Part shown: piece after piece, positions 13,178 through 25,799 of the stretch
Layout: every line of letters begins with the position of its first letter
How positions within the stretch are numbered: position 1 is the stretch's first letter
Source of the DNA: Felis catus
Lineage: Eukaryota
Length of the DNA stretch: 64,000 nt
Assembly: GCF_018350175.1 (NCBI RefSeq)
Contig: NC_058368.1
Location: forward strand, 231,820,001-231,884,000
Direction of reading: 5' to 3'
The notes under the pieces: generated by a model
Told to the model about the DNA's origin: nothing
Databases searched by the model: none
Seen by the model: the letters and a program-made list of their open reading frames with translations, nothing else
Position numbers and translations under genes: made by a program

Positions 13178-14285
13178 GACAATTAGTTTTCATGTGCACT
13201 TGTATGAACACACAAAATTAAGACTGTGCCCTTGATGTGTTGTTTGCAACCTATGCTTTTCGCCTGTCACAGTTCTGTCGTAAACAGTTTTCTGTGTCGT
13301 GAAATAGGCTTTGAGAAGGAAGTGAGATCTGGATGGCTCCATCATAGCTGTGTAATGGCTGGAATCAAACGTATTTGATTATTCTTCTATTGCGAGAGAC
13401 GTATGATGCTCTAATTTCTTTACCGTGTGTAAGAGTGCCACAGCGACCGTCTGTGTCCCCAACTTTTATAAATCTCTCTTATCATTTCTTTAACCTAATT
13501 TAGAATGAAATGGCATTTTCACTTCCAAAGCTCTCCCTAAGTATTTGCCTTCGTAAAATTAATAGAAACGTCCGTGCCCATCCCTCCAACAAGTAGGAGG
13601 TCAAAATATGCATTTGATAATCTTTGTCAATTTGGCAGATGAAAGTGATATCTCACTGTTATTTTATGTTTTAAATTTTTGGCAGAACTAACTGTTATGT
13701 TTGATATCTGTTTTATTGTTCCTTTTAGGAATCATCATTCATTCATCTTTTATTTGGGACTGTCTTGTTCTTCAAGTGCTCTATATGTTGAGCATCACCC
13801 AGATACTCCATGTCTTGACAGTTTATAGCCACCTTAGCTTTGGGGACCCAATCAATCAATGGTGGCAGTTCAGTCACCCCTAGGCTGATTGCCAGGCACC
13901 AGCTCACTGCAAAGAATCTGGTCCCCGTGACTTCCGGGAGACCCACATGCCAATAATCCCAGCTGGCAAACTGCGATCGCTGCCTGCTCTCTCGCTTTCT
14001 CTGTCCAGCTTGCTCTGGCTCCCACCTGCCCATCAGGTGACCCGCCCGCCTGCCATCAGGACACCATACTAGAAAGTCACGCTGCTGCCACCAGTGGTCA
14101 GGAATACTCTTGGGACTTAACAGAAAAACTGTCTTCTCTAGGGTAGGAGGAGAGTACTGCCAATTCTGTAAACTCTGTGGATGCCCATCCTTAGGATGCA
14201 AGAATTGGCTGAGGTTCAGAGATGGGGGGAGAAACGGGTGGGGGTGGGGTGGCGTGCACAGCCAGTGTCTCTACCTAGGGGCAGC

Positions 14286-14347
14286 TGGGATCCAGTTACA
14301 ATAACCAAATGTCCCGGTGGGATCCAGTTAAAATAACCAAATGTCCC
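14286..14347. repeat. Tandem duplication, 32-bp period, 2 copies
   Basis: TGGGATCCAGTTA(C/A)AATAACCAAATGTCCC at 14286-14315 and 14318-14347. Confidence 0.9.
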
Positions 14348-14750
14348 CAGTTATACAAGCACACTAAGCCTTTGCCCGTGACAAATGTTGCAAATATTTT
14401 CTTTTTTGTCAGTTGCTTCCATTACAGTTTATTCGGTGACACTATGTAACTTAGTTTGCTTCTACATGATTGAAATAAGGACATGACTTCTCCCTATGGA
14501 AACATGCTCTAGTAGGTAGTCTAAAGCTCCCAGCCCGCCATAGAATACTGAAAACTCTGGATACAAATAAAGTTCTCTAAACTGCACAGCCAAGCTCTCA
14601 AGAAAGTAAGGAAACTCCCAAGCACTAAAAATAAAGGCAGTAGAAACTCTGTTGGTTTAACTGTGTGAATTGGGGAAGGGAACACTGGGGCGTGCCTATC
14701 TTGGGAACCAATGATCAAGGGTTCAGATTTTGACGTCACAGAAAATAAGG

Positions 14751-14970
14751 AAAAAAAAGAAAAAAAAAAGAAGTTAGAGTGGGAGAGAGAGCGAAAGCCT
14801 AAAAGACTCTTAAATAAAACTGAGAACAAACTGAGGGTTGATGGGGGTGGGAGGGAGGGGAGGGTAGATGATGGGCATTGAAGAGGGCATCTTTTGGGAT
14901 GAGCGCTGGGTGTTGTATGGAAACTAATTTGACAATACATTTCATATAATAAAAAATAAATAAATAAAAA
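14751..14970 (+). mobile_element. Carnivore/felid L1, severely 5'-truncated (3' UTR only)
   Basis: L1 3' UTR AAACTGAGAACAAACTGAGGGTTGATGGGGG..GGGTGTTGTATGGAAAC..GACAATACATTTCATAT plus A tail; perfect TSD AGAAAATAAGG at 14740-14750 and 14971-14981. Confidence 0.92.
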
Positions 14971-16408
14971 AGAAAATAAGGCCTGGACACATGCAAGGCG
15001 ATGTGATAAAATTGTTCCTCCCACCTCCACGCTGAAAACCAGCCCTATGGATTGTCTACATCCTCCTTGAAAGAGTATGTAAAACATCCACTCCCTAGCA
15101 AAGAGATAATAAAGCTGTCTCCTCCTGGGTTCATGGTGAGATGAACTCTCCCCTTGCTTAAAAATTACAACCATGAGATTTTTTTCATGCAGACTTTGCC
15201 TGAAGTTTGGGATCCCCAAAGGAAGAACTTAACAACAACAAAGGAGTCCCAGTCTGGTTTCAATCCTAGGATGCCCAACACCCTTTCCAAGGGACACATT
15301 TTAATCTGAGGCACTCAGGATTTTCACAGATAAAACCCCACTGAGCACAAACTCACAATCTAAACTCAAGAATCACAAAAGGAACAATATACCATGTGCA
15401 TGAGCCAGCAAAAAACACAAACAGTAGCTTCAGACCACACTAGAATAATAGGGCACTGATAATAAAATTAGCATACTCCAGTGGACTGATGCCCCAGAGG
15501 AAAACAGAAAACAAGCTCACTGTTTTCATAAAAAAGATCATGTACATTCTAGCAATGAAAATTATATCCATTGAAAATAAAAATGAGTTCAACTGGATGT
15601 ATCCAAAATATGAACTTTGAACAGTTACCTAAACGTGTATTCATTCAGTATCATTTCAGATATGAGAGCCTGGTCTGATGGAAGCCAGCATGGATCCCCC
15701 TGTTTGGGAATAAAGGGAGACTCAAATGACAGTAAAGGATCAGGTCACCCTAAAGGTTTGGATAAGGAATTTCCCATAATGTTCTCGGTGGTAATACCAG
15801 CAATATTTCAGATAGGGGAGATTTAGCATAGTCACACTGCGATTACATCTATAAACTGATTATAGGTTATTTCCTAGATATTTATGCTTAACCTTAAACA
15901 GATTCTACCATGTGGCAGAGACTACTCAAGCCCCACAATACTGACTTCCCCTCCTTCTACAGCAATAAAAACCCGGAGTTTTGTCTGGGCACCAAGCCAT
16001 ACCGAAAAGTGAGTTTATTCTCGAGGTTAAATTCTGAATAATGGGATTGAACAGAAAGGGTGGGTGAAATCTCCCAGCTGTGCCATAACAAACAAAGGCA
16101 TATTGTCCCTCTTTCTCCCACATTACTGGTGGATATAGTGGTAAGAAAGGTTGGACCATGAAGGCAAGACAATCGCCAAGGCATGGCAGAGCGACAAGGA
16201 AGAAGGAGCCTGGGTGCCTGACGAGCCTTGTGGAGCAGAGCCTTGTGGAGCAGTTCAGATCTTATGTGAGAAGGAGCTAAACTCCTTCTGGGCTTATGTC
16301 ACCATCACTTGGGATGCTCTCTCCCACTCCGAAATCTATAGACCAGACTAGAGGTACAATGTTGGCTTTGTGAGGACCTAAAATGGATGTCATTGGCTTA
16401 GAGGAAAC

Positions 16409-16469
16409 TTTTTTTTTTTTTTTGAGAGAGAGAGAAAGAGAGAGTGTGAGTTGGGGAGAGGGGCAGAGG

Positions 16470-16510
<41 letters not shown>

Positions 16511-16636
16511 AATATTAAGCAGGCTCCAAGCTGAGCGTGGAGCCCAGCGCGGGGCTCGATCCTACGATCCTGGGATCATGACCCAAGCCTAAATCAAGAG
16601 TCTGATGCTTAACCAACTGAGCCACCCAAGCAGCCC
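16409..16636 (-). mobile_element. Can-SINE (older subfamily)
   Basis: Reverse SINE with expanded (GA)n; TSD TAGAGGAAAC at 16399 and 16637. Confidence 0.92.
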
Positions 16637-17581
16637 TAGAGGAAACATTTTGATAGTGGGTGGTGAAGACACAGATCTTAGTGACTGGGAAGCTGGTGAT
16701 CCTGGTTCTGGGTGGACCAAACTTTCAGGGGTGTGGTCATCTACAATATCTTGGGAGGCAGAACACATTCTATCACCAACGGGGAAAGGGTCAGAAAATT
16801 CAGAAGGTTGGTGCATTCAGGTTGCTACCTGACCCGTAAGAGGTGAATTAAAACGAAGTCAGCCAGACGGTAAACAAAGACGGAAGGAACATAGCTCTGC
16901 TAAGTCACGTTCCTTCAGGAGGTACAGACTCACTTCCTTATCATCAACCGAGTGGAGGGAGTGTCCTCTTGGGACTTTGTAGGGTTGATAAATCCAAACT
17001 CTACCCCAGACTGAACCGGGGACAGGAGGCGGCGCACTGGGACCGCAAGGCAGGAGGCAGAGCAGGGTAATCAGAGATTGTTCTCGCATTCCCCAGACAA
17101 GAATCTTCCTGTCAGACAATGGGACATCAGAAGGAAATTTCCTTCCCATCAAGGCTATTGTTCCAGACGCTCTCGAGTTAGTCCCCATGAACTTGAAAGG
17201 GATTTTGGCAGAGCACAGAGGCAAAGAAATAAAAATGCTGAATTTTAAAGGTTTAAGTGGCAGTCCCCGCTAAGTTTTTGAGAAATTTTGTTGCCAACGA
17301 AACCACCAGGCAAGGCTGCATAACTATGTGACTGGTGACCCACCGCCTCCCGCTGTGGAAAGTTGCGCACATCCCAGCTGGACCACAGAGAGACCAGCGG
17401 GGCGCTCTCAGCAGACAAAGCCAGGGGCCAGGAGAGACCATGGACAAGGATGCTCTTCCAGAGAGGTCTGCTGGAGGGTGACCAAGGAAGTGACGCCACT
17501 CATGGGCAGAGGCTCTTCAGAAGGATTTATAAACTAGTAAGTCCCTGTCGCTGTTATTTGTCTTTCTTTGGGAGACTTTTC

Positions 17582-18010
17582 TTTTTTTTGTAAATATGAA
17601 ATTTATTGTCCAATTGGTTTCCATACAACACCCAGTGCTCATCCCAACAGGTGCCCTCCTCAGTGCCCATCAACCCCCCTCCCCTCCCTCCCACCCGCCC
17701 CCGTCAACCCCCAGATTGTTCTCACGTTTTAACAGTCTCTTATGGTTTGGCTCCCTCCCTCTCTAACTTTTTTTTTTCCTTCCCCTCCCCCACGATCTTC
17801 TGTTAAGTTTCTCAGGATCCACATAAGAGTGAAAACATATGGTATCTGTGCTTCTCTGGATGACATATTTCTCTTAGCATAACACTCTCCAGTTCCATCC
17901 ACGTTGCTACAAAAGGCCAGATTTCATTCTTTCTCATTGCCAAGTAGTATTCCATTGTGTATATCAACCACAATTTCTTTATCCATTCATCAGTTGATGG
18001 ACATTTAGGC
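17582..18010 (-). mobile_element. 5'-truncated carnivore/felid L1 (ORF2 C-terminus plus 3' UTR)
   Basis: Minus-strand translation PKCPSTDEWIKKLWLIYTMEYYLAMRKNEIWPFVATWMELESVML is the L1 ORF2 C-terminus; 3' UTR homologous to 14751-14970; poly-T at 17582. Confidence 0.95.
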
Positions 18011-18124
18011 ATCAATATGGTGAACTCCTGGGAGCTGGGGACCACCAGGTTGCCTAAGGAGGGGTGAACCGGCCCAGCTCGGAAACGGAGCAGGTCAAAA
18101 CTCCCGTGCTGATCAGTAGTGGGA
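18008..18124 (+). pseudogene. RN7SL: 7SL (SRP) RNA retro-fragment, S-domain only, fused to the L1
   Basis: GGCATCAATATGGTGA..GACCACCAGGTTGCCTAAGGAGGGGTGAACCGGCCCAG.TCGGAAACGGAGCAGGTCAAAACTCCCGTGCTGATCAGTAGTGGGA; about 4 differences in 117 nt from the mammalian 7SL sequence as I recall it; no Alu domain, no own tail. Confidence 0.95.
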
Positions 18125-20156
18125 GACGTTTTTTCCATTGAGGTCTTCTGCTCCTGCTCCACCATTACATATTAGATGCGATGAATGGGCAGGAAACTTA
18201 TCTTTTAGTTTATGGCTAACCTGAGGGGACCAACCCTGTGGGGGACCATGTCATGTAGGTGCCATAAACTCACAATATGAGACTTAGGGATTGCCTGCTT
18301 TGGGTACTGGGTTCTTCACGTGACAAGATGGGTAGGCACAGATATGTGGATGGCCAGAGTGGCCAACTATGGCAGAAAGCAGTAACCGCTGTTTCTTCTG
18401 TAGTATGTAATGCTATAAACTATGTTTAGCTGGGCATGTGGCTACCCAGAACCTAAGTCTGACCCCTTAACTAAGTTCCAATCAGGGAAACGTGGGTGCA
18501 GCTTCCCGGGCATGGGCACAAGGGAAGGATTGTGCACCCCCTTTCTCCTTTCTCCTCTCCCTTCCCTCCTGGCTAGAATTTCCAGGGTGGTAGTTAACCA
18601 TGCTAACCCATGAACACATGGGAAGCCCTCTAAGAATTGCAGAGCTATGGAGAGAAGGAACCAGGCCCCTGACGTATGTGTGAGGTATTATCATCATGAC
18701 AGCTCTCTGGATTTTCCCTACACCTGGAAACCTCCAGGGTTTTGGTGCCTGTTATTTTGGGTCTCTGTCATATACGGCCCAATCAGATCCTCATTACTAC
18801 TACACGTAGTGGGGGTAAGTCATTCTTGATTCATGCCATCGGGGATTTTGTTTGATGTTCTGTTAACACATCAAAGTAAATTCTGAAATATCTCAAAACG
18901 GCGCACTAAATTGAAATTTATAGCCAAATACCCATCGCAGATGTGCACACGTTCTCTCGCTCTTTCTCCCATACATGTACACTGGAAGGTAAAGCAGCAG
19001 AGGAAAAATGAGAGCCCCTTTCTTGTAAAGGAGTCAATGGGGAGAGTGGAGCCCAGGAGCAGGAGGACTGGCTTGGATGCCGGGAGGCGGCATCACACGT
19101 AGTTCTGTCCCTTGCTGGCTCTGTGAGTCTGGGAAGGACACGCCATCCCTCCGCCTCACTGTCTTCCTGTGTGTGATGAGGTTTAAGATCAATGATCTTG
19201 AAAATCCCTTCTGGCTCTCAAATCTTATCTTGACATTAACAAAGTAATATTAATTTTGCAGTTTCATGATCTGCAATTATACATTCTCGTCTTCAACTCC
19301 ATCTGCTTGCCGACCTCGGGAGTGTGAGCCATTAAACTCGGAATAAAAATGCTTAGAAGTTAAGTTTGCCTGTTCGTTATGAAATAAAATTAAAGTGCCG
19401 GGAATGTTTTGTCAGTTGAAATGAACATTTGGACGCAGGAAAGCCCTGATGCATGCCTACTGCAGACAGCAAGTGGCCTTTACATTCGGCTACTGTGGTC
19501 GGGTTCTTTCAGAATTGGGGGTGTGGCGGGGAGAAAAGTCATGCTCTGAAACTAAATGAGGTTGTCTTCTTCCCAATTCAAATCGTTCGGAGGACATTTT
19601 AATTTCCCAGCCGGTTTTCTAAATCAAGGGAACCACGGGGCCCTGATGCCTCTATGGTTCCACCAAAGCATTGAGATTCGTACGTGCCTTGGTCCTCGCC
19701 TGACACCTGGCTATTTACCCCGAGGGGGAAATCAGTCCGGGCAGGCGGTCCTCTGCTCTAGCTATTTCTAGACATGTCCAGTCAGGCTGATCCCAATCTT
19801 TCCACCGTAAGATCATTTATTGCCTAGGCTGGTACTGCCTTTAGTGAAACCTATAGCCTGAATCTCCTTTCGTCCCCGATCTCGAAGGAACAATCTCTTG
19901 ACAGGCAAGAGTTTCTTCTGATGGAGACTCATAACGCAGGCTACATTTAATATGACTGGGACAAAACTCAGGACCATCTTCAAAATGTAGATTTTCCTTA
20001 AATGTGTGAACTGGAAAAAATGAGCTACTGTTCAATACAAACGATTTTTCCCCACGGGTTAATGTTATTCTCTGAGTCAGAGCAATATACCCAAATCCTT
20101 AGTATTTTTATCACATTTTTAAAATTGTTGGAACTAATCTAACCCAGCAATACAGC

Positions 20157-20300
20157 CATTCATTTTATTTTCATTCTCCAAGCAAACATGTTTGAGCACC
20201 TAAGCCACTATGCCAGGCACTGTGAATGACAAGACAGGATTCTTCAGAATCCCTGTCTGACAGAGCTGATGTTCCAGAAAACAAAAATTCCTGAATAAAG
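20157..20300 (-). mobile_element. L2 3' end fragment
   Basis: CATTCATT..TTGAGCACCT..CTATGCCAGGCACTGTG reverse L2 tail. Confidence 0.6.
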
Positions 20301-20417
20301 ACTGCAAGGAGAAGGACAGGATAGGGACTTAGTCATAGGAATGGCAAGATGTTCTATTAATTCTGATTTGCTTTCAAGAGGTGACGTGCAGGCTATGTGT
20401 ATTAATATTCCTCTGGG

Positions 20418-20602
20418 CAGTGGTTCTCAATGCGTGGTCCCCAACCCTGCGTACCAGAATCACCTGGAGACAGACTGACAACGGAAAGCCTTGGGCCTCA
20501 CTCAAGACCTACTGAATCAGAAAATTCAAGAGGGTGTTGGCCACCAGCTTGGTTCTAATGAGCCCTTCTGATGATTCTGAGGCAACCTCAAGTTTACCAC
20601 TG
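20418..20602. mobile_element. MER5A-like hAT-Charlie MITE
   Basis: Termini CAGTGGTTCTCAA / TTTACCACTG; internal AGAATCACCTGG, AGACCTACTGAATCAGAA, TGATTCTGA. Confidence 0.75.
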
Positions 20603-20613
20603 TCGGTCTCGAG

Positions 20614-20797
20614 CAGGTCTCAATGACCAACCCAGGGCGGGAGGCGATGTCCCCACCCCCCCACCCCCGCTTCTGTAAATGAAGTGTTATCGAAACCCAA
20701 CTGGTCTATGTATTTGAATTGCAACAGAGATCGCATATTTACACAGAGCCTAAATATTTCCTACCTGGCCTTCATAGGCAAAGTTTGCAATTCCTGG
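20614..20797. mobile_element. MER58-like hAT-Charlie MITE (degenerate)
   Basis: GTAAATGAAGTGTTAT, GCCTAAATATTTCCTACCTGGCC, AAAGTTTGCAATTCCTG. Confidence 0.55.
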
Positions 20798-21088
20798 CCT
20801 AGTAGTGCAGGTGGTGAGGATCCAGCCTCCAATACCCCCAGCAGTGCTGTCTGAATCCCACCTACGCCTTCTAGCAGGACGTGAATGGCACGTTGGGAGT
20901 CCACTTCACTGAGGACTGCCTGAGCCTCAGATGTCTGTGACTTCACCGACGCAGTTATCACATTTGGATGAATCATGTCCTGTGCACTGCACAAGGAGCT
21001 AGGGAATGAAACAGAAGACAATCCAGCCTACTCCATGTACCATGATTGAACTGGGTGGAAGTTGGAAGGTGCGGCACAATTTTTTAGG

Positions 21089-21117
21089 AACTAGGTAAAC
21101 TAGGTAAACTAGGTAAA
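21089..21117. repeat. (AACTAGGTA)3 tandem repeat
   Basis: Three exact 9-mers. Confidence 0.9.
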
Positions 21118-21406
21118 ACCGCCATTTCCTCACCTGCCCAAGATCCTGACATGTTTTCCTGGGGCGAGCTGGAATGACATCATCTCCTGGGGGCAGAGAA
21201 AGGTGAAATAAATATTGTAGCTCTCATACTGGCATAATTAAATAATCATGTCTGTGCTGGTTGAGCTCGTGGAAGAAAGGATAGAAGGGAGGTAAACAGT
21301 GGTCAAAATGGTCTTTCTTGGTGCTCCTCAGTGGGAAATTTTCTCCCAGTTGCTATCCCTTTGATTATGCACAAAGTTGGAAAATCTGATCTTAGCAGAA
21401 GAGAAG

Positions 21407-21408
<2 letters not shown>

Positions 21409-21486
<78 letters not shown>
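21409..21486. repeat. Compound microsatellite (GT)20(GA)19
   Basis: Read directly from sequence. Confidence 0.97.
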
Positions 21487-21490
<4 letters not shown>

Positions 21491-24400
21491 GAGAGACCAA
21501 CAGACAGACAAAAGAGAGATCCCCATAAGATTGGCCATCTCTAGAGTAATAAAGTTGGCAACATTTTACAGAAGATATTACAGATAAGCAAAACATTTTA
21601 TAGAAACCTATTGGTGAAAGTTGGTATTTTAGCGAATCTTTAAGCAAGACAAGCAAATATTAAGAATGTTCTGTGAAAGCATAAGATTCTGAACAGGAAA
21701 ACATATCTCTTAATACAGCTTAATATGGAATGAGTTGCTCTATAGAGTACTTGGAACAAGAGCCATAGCATAGACATGGATGGAAAAACACAACTGGGCC
21801 CTTAAGTCTTTGTTCTCTTGGATCATTTCTTTCTCAGGAATATCAGGACATTTCTGCTTTAAAGACAGGTGAGCTTTTGTGCTGACAATAACCTGAGGTT
21901 AATGCTTGTTAAGTACCTGTGTATCAGACTCATCTCGGGAGCTTTTTCAAAATCATAGGTTTGCACACATCCCCTAGAGACTGATCACTAGGTGCAGGGT
22001 CAGCCTGGGCTTGTGTATGTGAGAAAACTCCCCAAATATTCCTGATTAGTCACATCAGTTAAGGGTCGTGATGACCAGCTCTGTCCAGAGAAGGTACTGG
22101 AAGATTAACATCAAATTCCATTGTATAGTTATTCAAGTTTACTGTGTCGAAACTTGCACAAGGAGATTGGTACAGGAAAGAGAATATGGAGTTTGGAGTC
22201 AGACACTTCTGGGTTCCTCTGGTTATTAGTTTGCAAGCTGCTTCCTAGAGGCACGTTCTCTCTGAACTGCATTTTCAAACTGTGAGATGAACACAGCAGT
22301 GCCCCCTTTTCCCCACGGTTGTCTCCCGAACTTCCTGTGTCACTCTACCTCATTCACTAAAGATTCCTCTTAGTGACTTTGATCTCTATATTCATCACAC
22401 ATCCAAGAGGCTGGCTTTCTTCCCTGACCCACCTGCCCTCCTACGATAACCTGCAACAACCATAAACTTCTCCAGCTCTGGTCCCATTGTCATGGACAAA
22501 TCTTGGACCACTGCACCTCCTTAACCTACCCTCCCCCCATAACAACTTCTGGGGATCCTTCTCCAGGCTCCCAGTGCAATGATTCCTTGACCTCATCTTA
22601 TTCTCCAGTCCACTGACACCATCTTTATTTTTGTCCCCGTGTCCTTTTACTTAGCTTACACTGTATGACTACCCTTAAAGTCACTTCTTTGCGAACATCC
22701 TCAGCCTTCCTGCTTCTCTCTTTTTCCGTTGCCTGGGGAAACCATCTCCTGGTGGGACCCAATCTTTGGCCTTCTCTGCACCAGCGCCTGAGCTGCTGAA
22801 CTTTGCTGGAGAAAATCCCAGCATGTGGATGGAGCTCATTTGAGGATGATGACCACAGGACTCAGCTGGTCATTCAATGTAGCATGGAGATTCCAATAAG
22901 TTTGTTTTCTCGATTTCCGAGACGTTGGCTTCGTAGCTTCCCTTCTCTTCTCTTCTCAACGCTGACGCCCTCTCCCTACTCTTCATGTGAATCTGACCTT
23001 ATACATCATTCGGAAAACAAAAGTTCTTAGAGGGACAGGCCTTCCTCTGCACAAACAAAACTTCCATCTCTATGTGGTCCTCTCTCCCAGGACAATGCTG
23101 AGACAACCCCTATTCTCTCCAAACACAAATTCTACTGCCTCTTATCTTTCCGAGGCCTTTGTTCCTACAATCACCTTCTTTCTCTAGTACACCGTCAATT
23201 TCTTTGTCCATGAAGGTATTTCAGTCAATGTATAAATATGCTTGAAATGACCCACTTTTAAAAATAGCCCTGTGTGCTCATGTCCCTCCAGCTGCTACCA
23301 GTTTCTTTGTTCTTCTTCAGGACAAAACTGCTCTAATGAGCTTTCTTTTGCCTACTGTCTCTACTTCCTTACTTCCCATTAAACTTTTTTATTGAATTAT
23401 GAAATCTTATGAGCATACGGGAAAGGATAATAATCTAATGAACACCCACCGAACCGACTCTATCCAACCTTAACATTTTTCAATATTTGCTTCCTACCTT
23501 ATTTCTTTTTTCATGGAAACAGAAGCACAGATAAAGTTGGCAACCCTTATCTTCCCATGATCTCCCTCCCATCTGCCCAGGAATAAACAACCTGAATTTA
23601 GTGTCCATCAGTTCTGTGTGCTATTTCACTGCTGTGTATGTATCCAGACATTACATAGATATGATTTATTTTTGTTTTAATACTTTATACAAACTGGCAG
23701 TATACTACATATCCTCTGCAACTTTGCTAACTGGGCTATATGGAGTGTCCATTTTCAACGTTACAAGAGCGGCCAAAATGCCTTCCCAAGTGATCGTACC
23801 ATTTTCTACCTCTATAGCTTCCCTGACCAGTATGTGATGACAGCTGGTATTGCCAGACTTTTTCACTGCTGTCAGTCTGATTGGTATGACATGGCACCAC
23901 CTTCTTTTAATTACATTTCTAGCACGATTCGGGAGGTTTTATTCTATTCTTCTGCTTATTGGCCATCGAGGAAGCTTCCTGCTTCGTTTGCACAGTTTCC
24001 TCTCACTTCCTCCTTCTCCAGTGGATTGGTAGGACTTTGAAAACATATTCTGTCTGCCATGTTTTGTCATTTGTATGCACGGAAATTTCTGCCAGCTATG
24101 GCTTGCGCGTAAGTTGTATTTCATCACATGGAAGTTCTAAACTTTAATGTTGTTTGCTATATTGATTTTTTTTCATTTCTGCGTGGCTGTTCTTTGTATC
24201 TTATTTTGAGAACTGCTTCCCCACCCAGAGGTCATACAGATAGCTTCTTATATATTTTCCTAAATGTTTTAATGTTTTGTTTCTCGTGTTGGCTTTAATC
24301 TACTTTGAGGTTATTTCTGTAAATGGCTTAAGGTGGGTATCTGATTCAGTGTTTTTACATCACGGTCCTCAACTGTCTTAGACTCATTTATTGAGTTGCA

Positions 24401-24572
24401 CCTCTCCCCAGTGGGCCCCTTTGTAACATATCAAAGATAGCATATAGGTGGGTCTGTTCATGGGCCCTCTGTTACATTGCTCTTTGTCCCCATGCCAATA
24501 TCTCAATGCCTCAATTTCTGTAGCTTTACGAACAATATTGATTACCTTCCTTGTTCATTTTCTGCAGAAATT

Positions 24573-24853
24573 ATTTTTTTAAGTTTATTTATTTTAAAAT
24601 TTATTTTGAGAGAGAAAGAGAGGGGGAGAGAGAGAGAGAGAGGGAGAGAAGAGAGGGAGAGGGAGAGAGAGGGAGAGAGAGAACACATATGAGAGGGGAA
24701 GGGGCAGAGAGAGAGGGAGAGAGAGAATCCCAAGCAGACTCTGTGCTGCCAGTGCAAAGCCCGATGTGGGGCTCGAACTCACGAACCATGAGATCATGAC
24801 CTGAGCCGATATCAAGAGTTGGACACTTAACCGACTGAGCCACCCTGGCACCC
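24573..24853 (-). mobile_element. Can-SINE with expanded GA/CT tract
   Basis: TSD CTGCAGAAATT at 24562 and 24854. Confidence 0.95.
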
Positions 24854-25588
24854 CTGCAGAAATTCTTTAATCACTCTTAGACATTTGCCTTTGCTCTGCT
24901 TACCACTGTTAGTGTCTACTTAAGTTCCATGTAGCTGGTTGAAATTTTGATTGGATCTCCATTGTATTTATGGATGAATTTGGGGAGCGTGGATATTTCT
25001 GAATGAATAGTTCATATTCAAGACATTATAAATACTGAATCACTCCACACAGATATGGGATAGCATCAATTTATTTTGATACTTTTGAAGATCTTATTTT
25101 TTTCTTTAAGATATTTAAACTTAGTTTTATAGGTTTTCCACAGAGGTCCAACATACCTCTTGCCAAAATTACTTAGGTAACATACTGATTTTTTTTTTGT
25201 TAACGTTAATTTTTCTATATTATATTTTCTTATCTTGGCTTCTGGTTTATGGGAGCCAAATGGATTTATATATTGAGATTTTTTTGTAGCAAATTTGCAG
25301 ACTTTCTCTCTATTCTAATTACTTATCTGTAGATGTTCTTAAGTGGCTTCGCTGGAGACAATGCTATTGTTTGAGATTAAGTTTGTTTCTTCCTTTACAA
25401 TCATGGTTTCAGTGTCACATGGAAGGATAGAAATGTGCTTGCTTGTCTTGGATTTCTTTTCAACTGAATGTCTCCAACTTCTCATGATTAAATGTCAAGT
25501 TTTTTGTGGATTCTGTTTTTGAAAGATAGTCTATCAAATTGGGCAACTTCCTTCGTATTACTAATCCAAAAGCCAAGAAGTATTTCTT

Positions 25589-25799
25589 TTTTTTTTTTTT
25601 TTTAATTTATTTTTGGGACAGAGAGAGACAGAGAATGAACGGGGGAGGGGTAGAGAGAGAGGGAGACACAGAATCAGAAACAGGCTCCAGGCTCTGAGCC
25701 ATCAGCCCAGAGCCCGACGCGGGGCTCGAACTCACGGACTGCGAGATCATGACCTGGCTGAAGTCGGACGCTTAACCGACTGCGCCACCCAGGCGCCCC
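25589..25799 (-). mobile_element. Young Felis-type Can-SINE
   Basis: Intact CpGs; perfect TSD AAGAAGTATTTCTT at 25575 and 25800. Confidence 0.97.

Larger units (their letters stand above)
15911..18804 (+). mobile_element. Degenerate MaLR (MLT1) element with LTR-internal-LTR layout, containing nested insertions
   Basis: 5' LTR from TGTGGCAGA (15911) to ~16358, 3' LTR from TATGGCAGA (18368) to ~18804 preceded by the typical internal end GACAAGATGG..GGCCAGAGTGG; interrupted by a SINE and the L1/7SL chimera. Confidence 0.55.

Noticed and set aside
14521..15219. 232-aa minus-strand ORF
   Set aside because: Reads through an antisense L1 3' UTR and low-complexity tails.
18008..18124. Functional SRP RNA gene
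   Set aside because: Lacks the 5' Alu domain with its internal promoter and the 3' end; it is a retro-fragment.
17812..18165. 117-aa minus-strand ORF crossing the 7SL/L1 junction
   Set aside because: It is flank plus antisense 7SL fused by chance in frame to the L1 ORF2 tail; no promoter or coding evidence.
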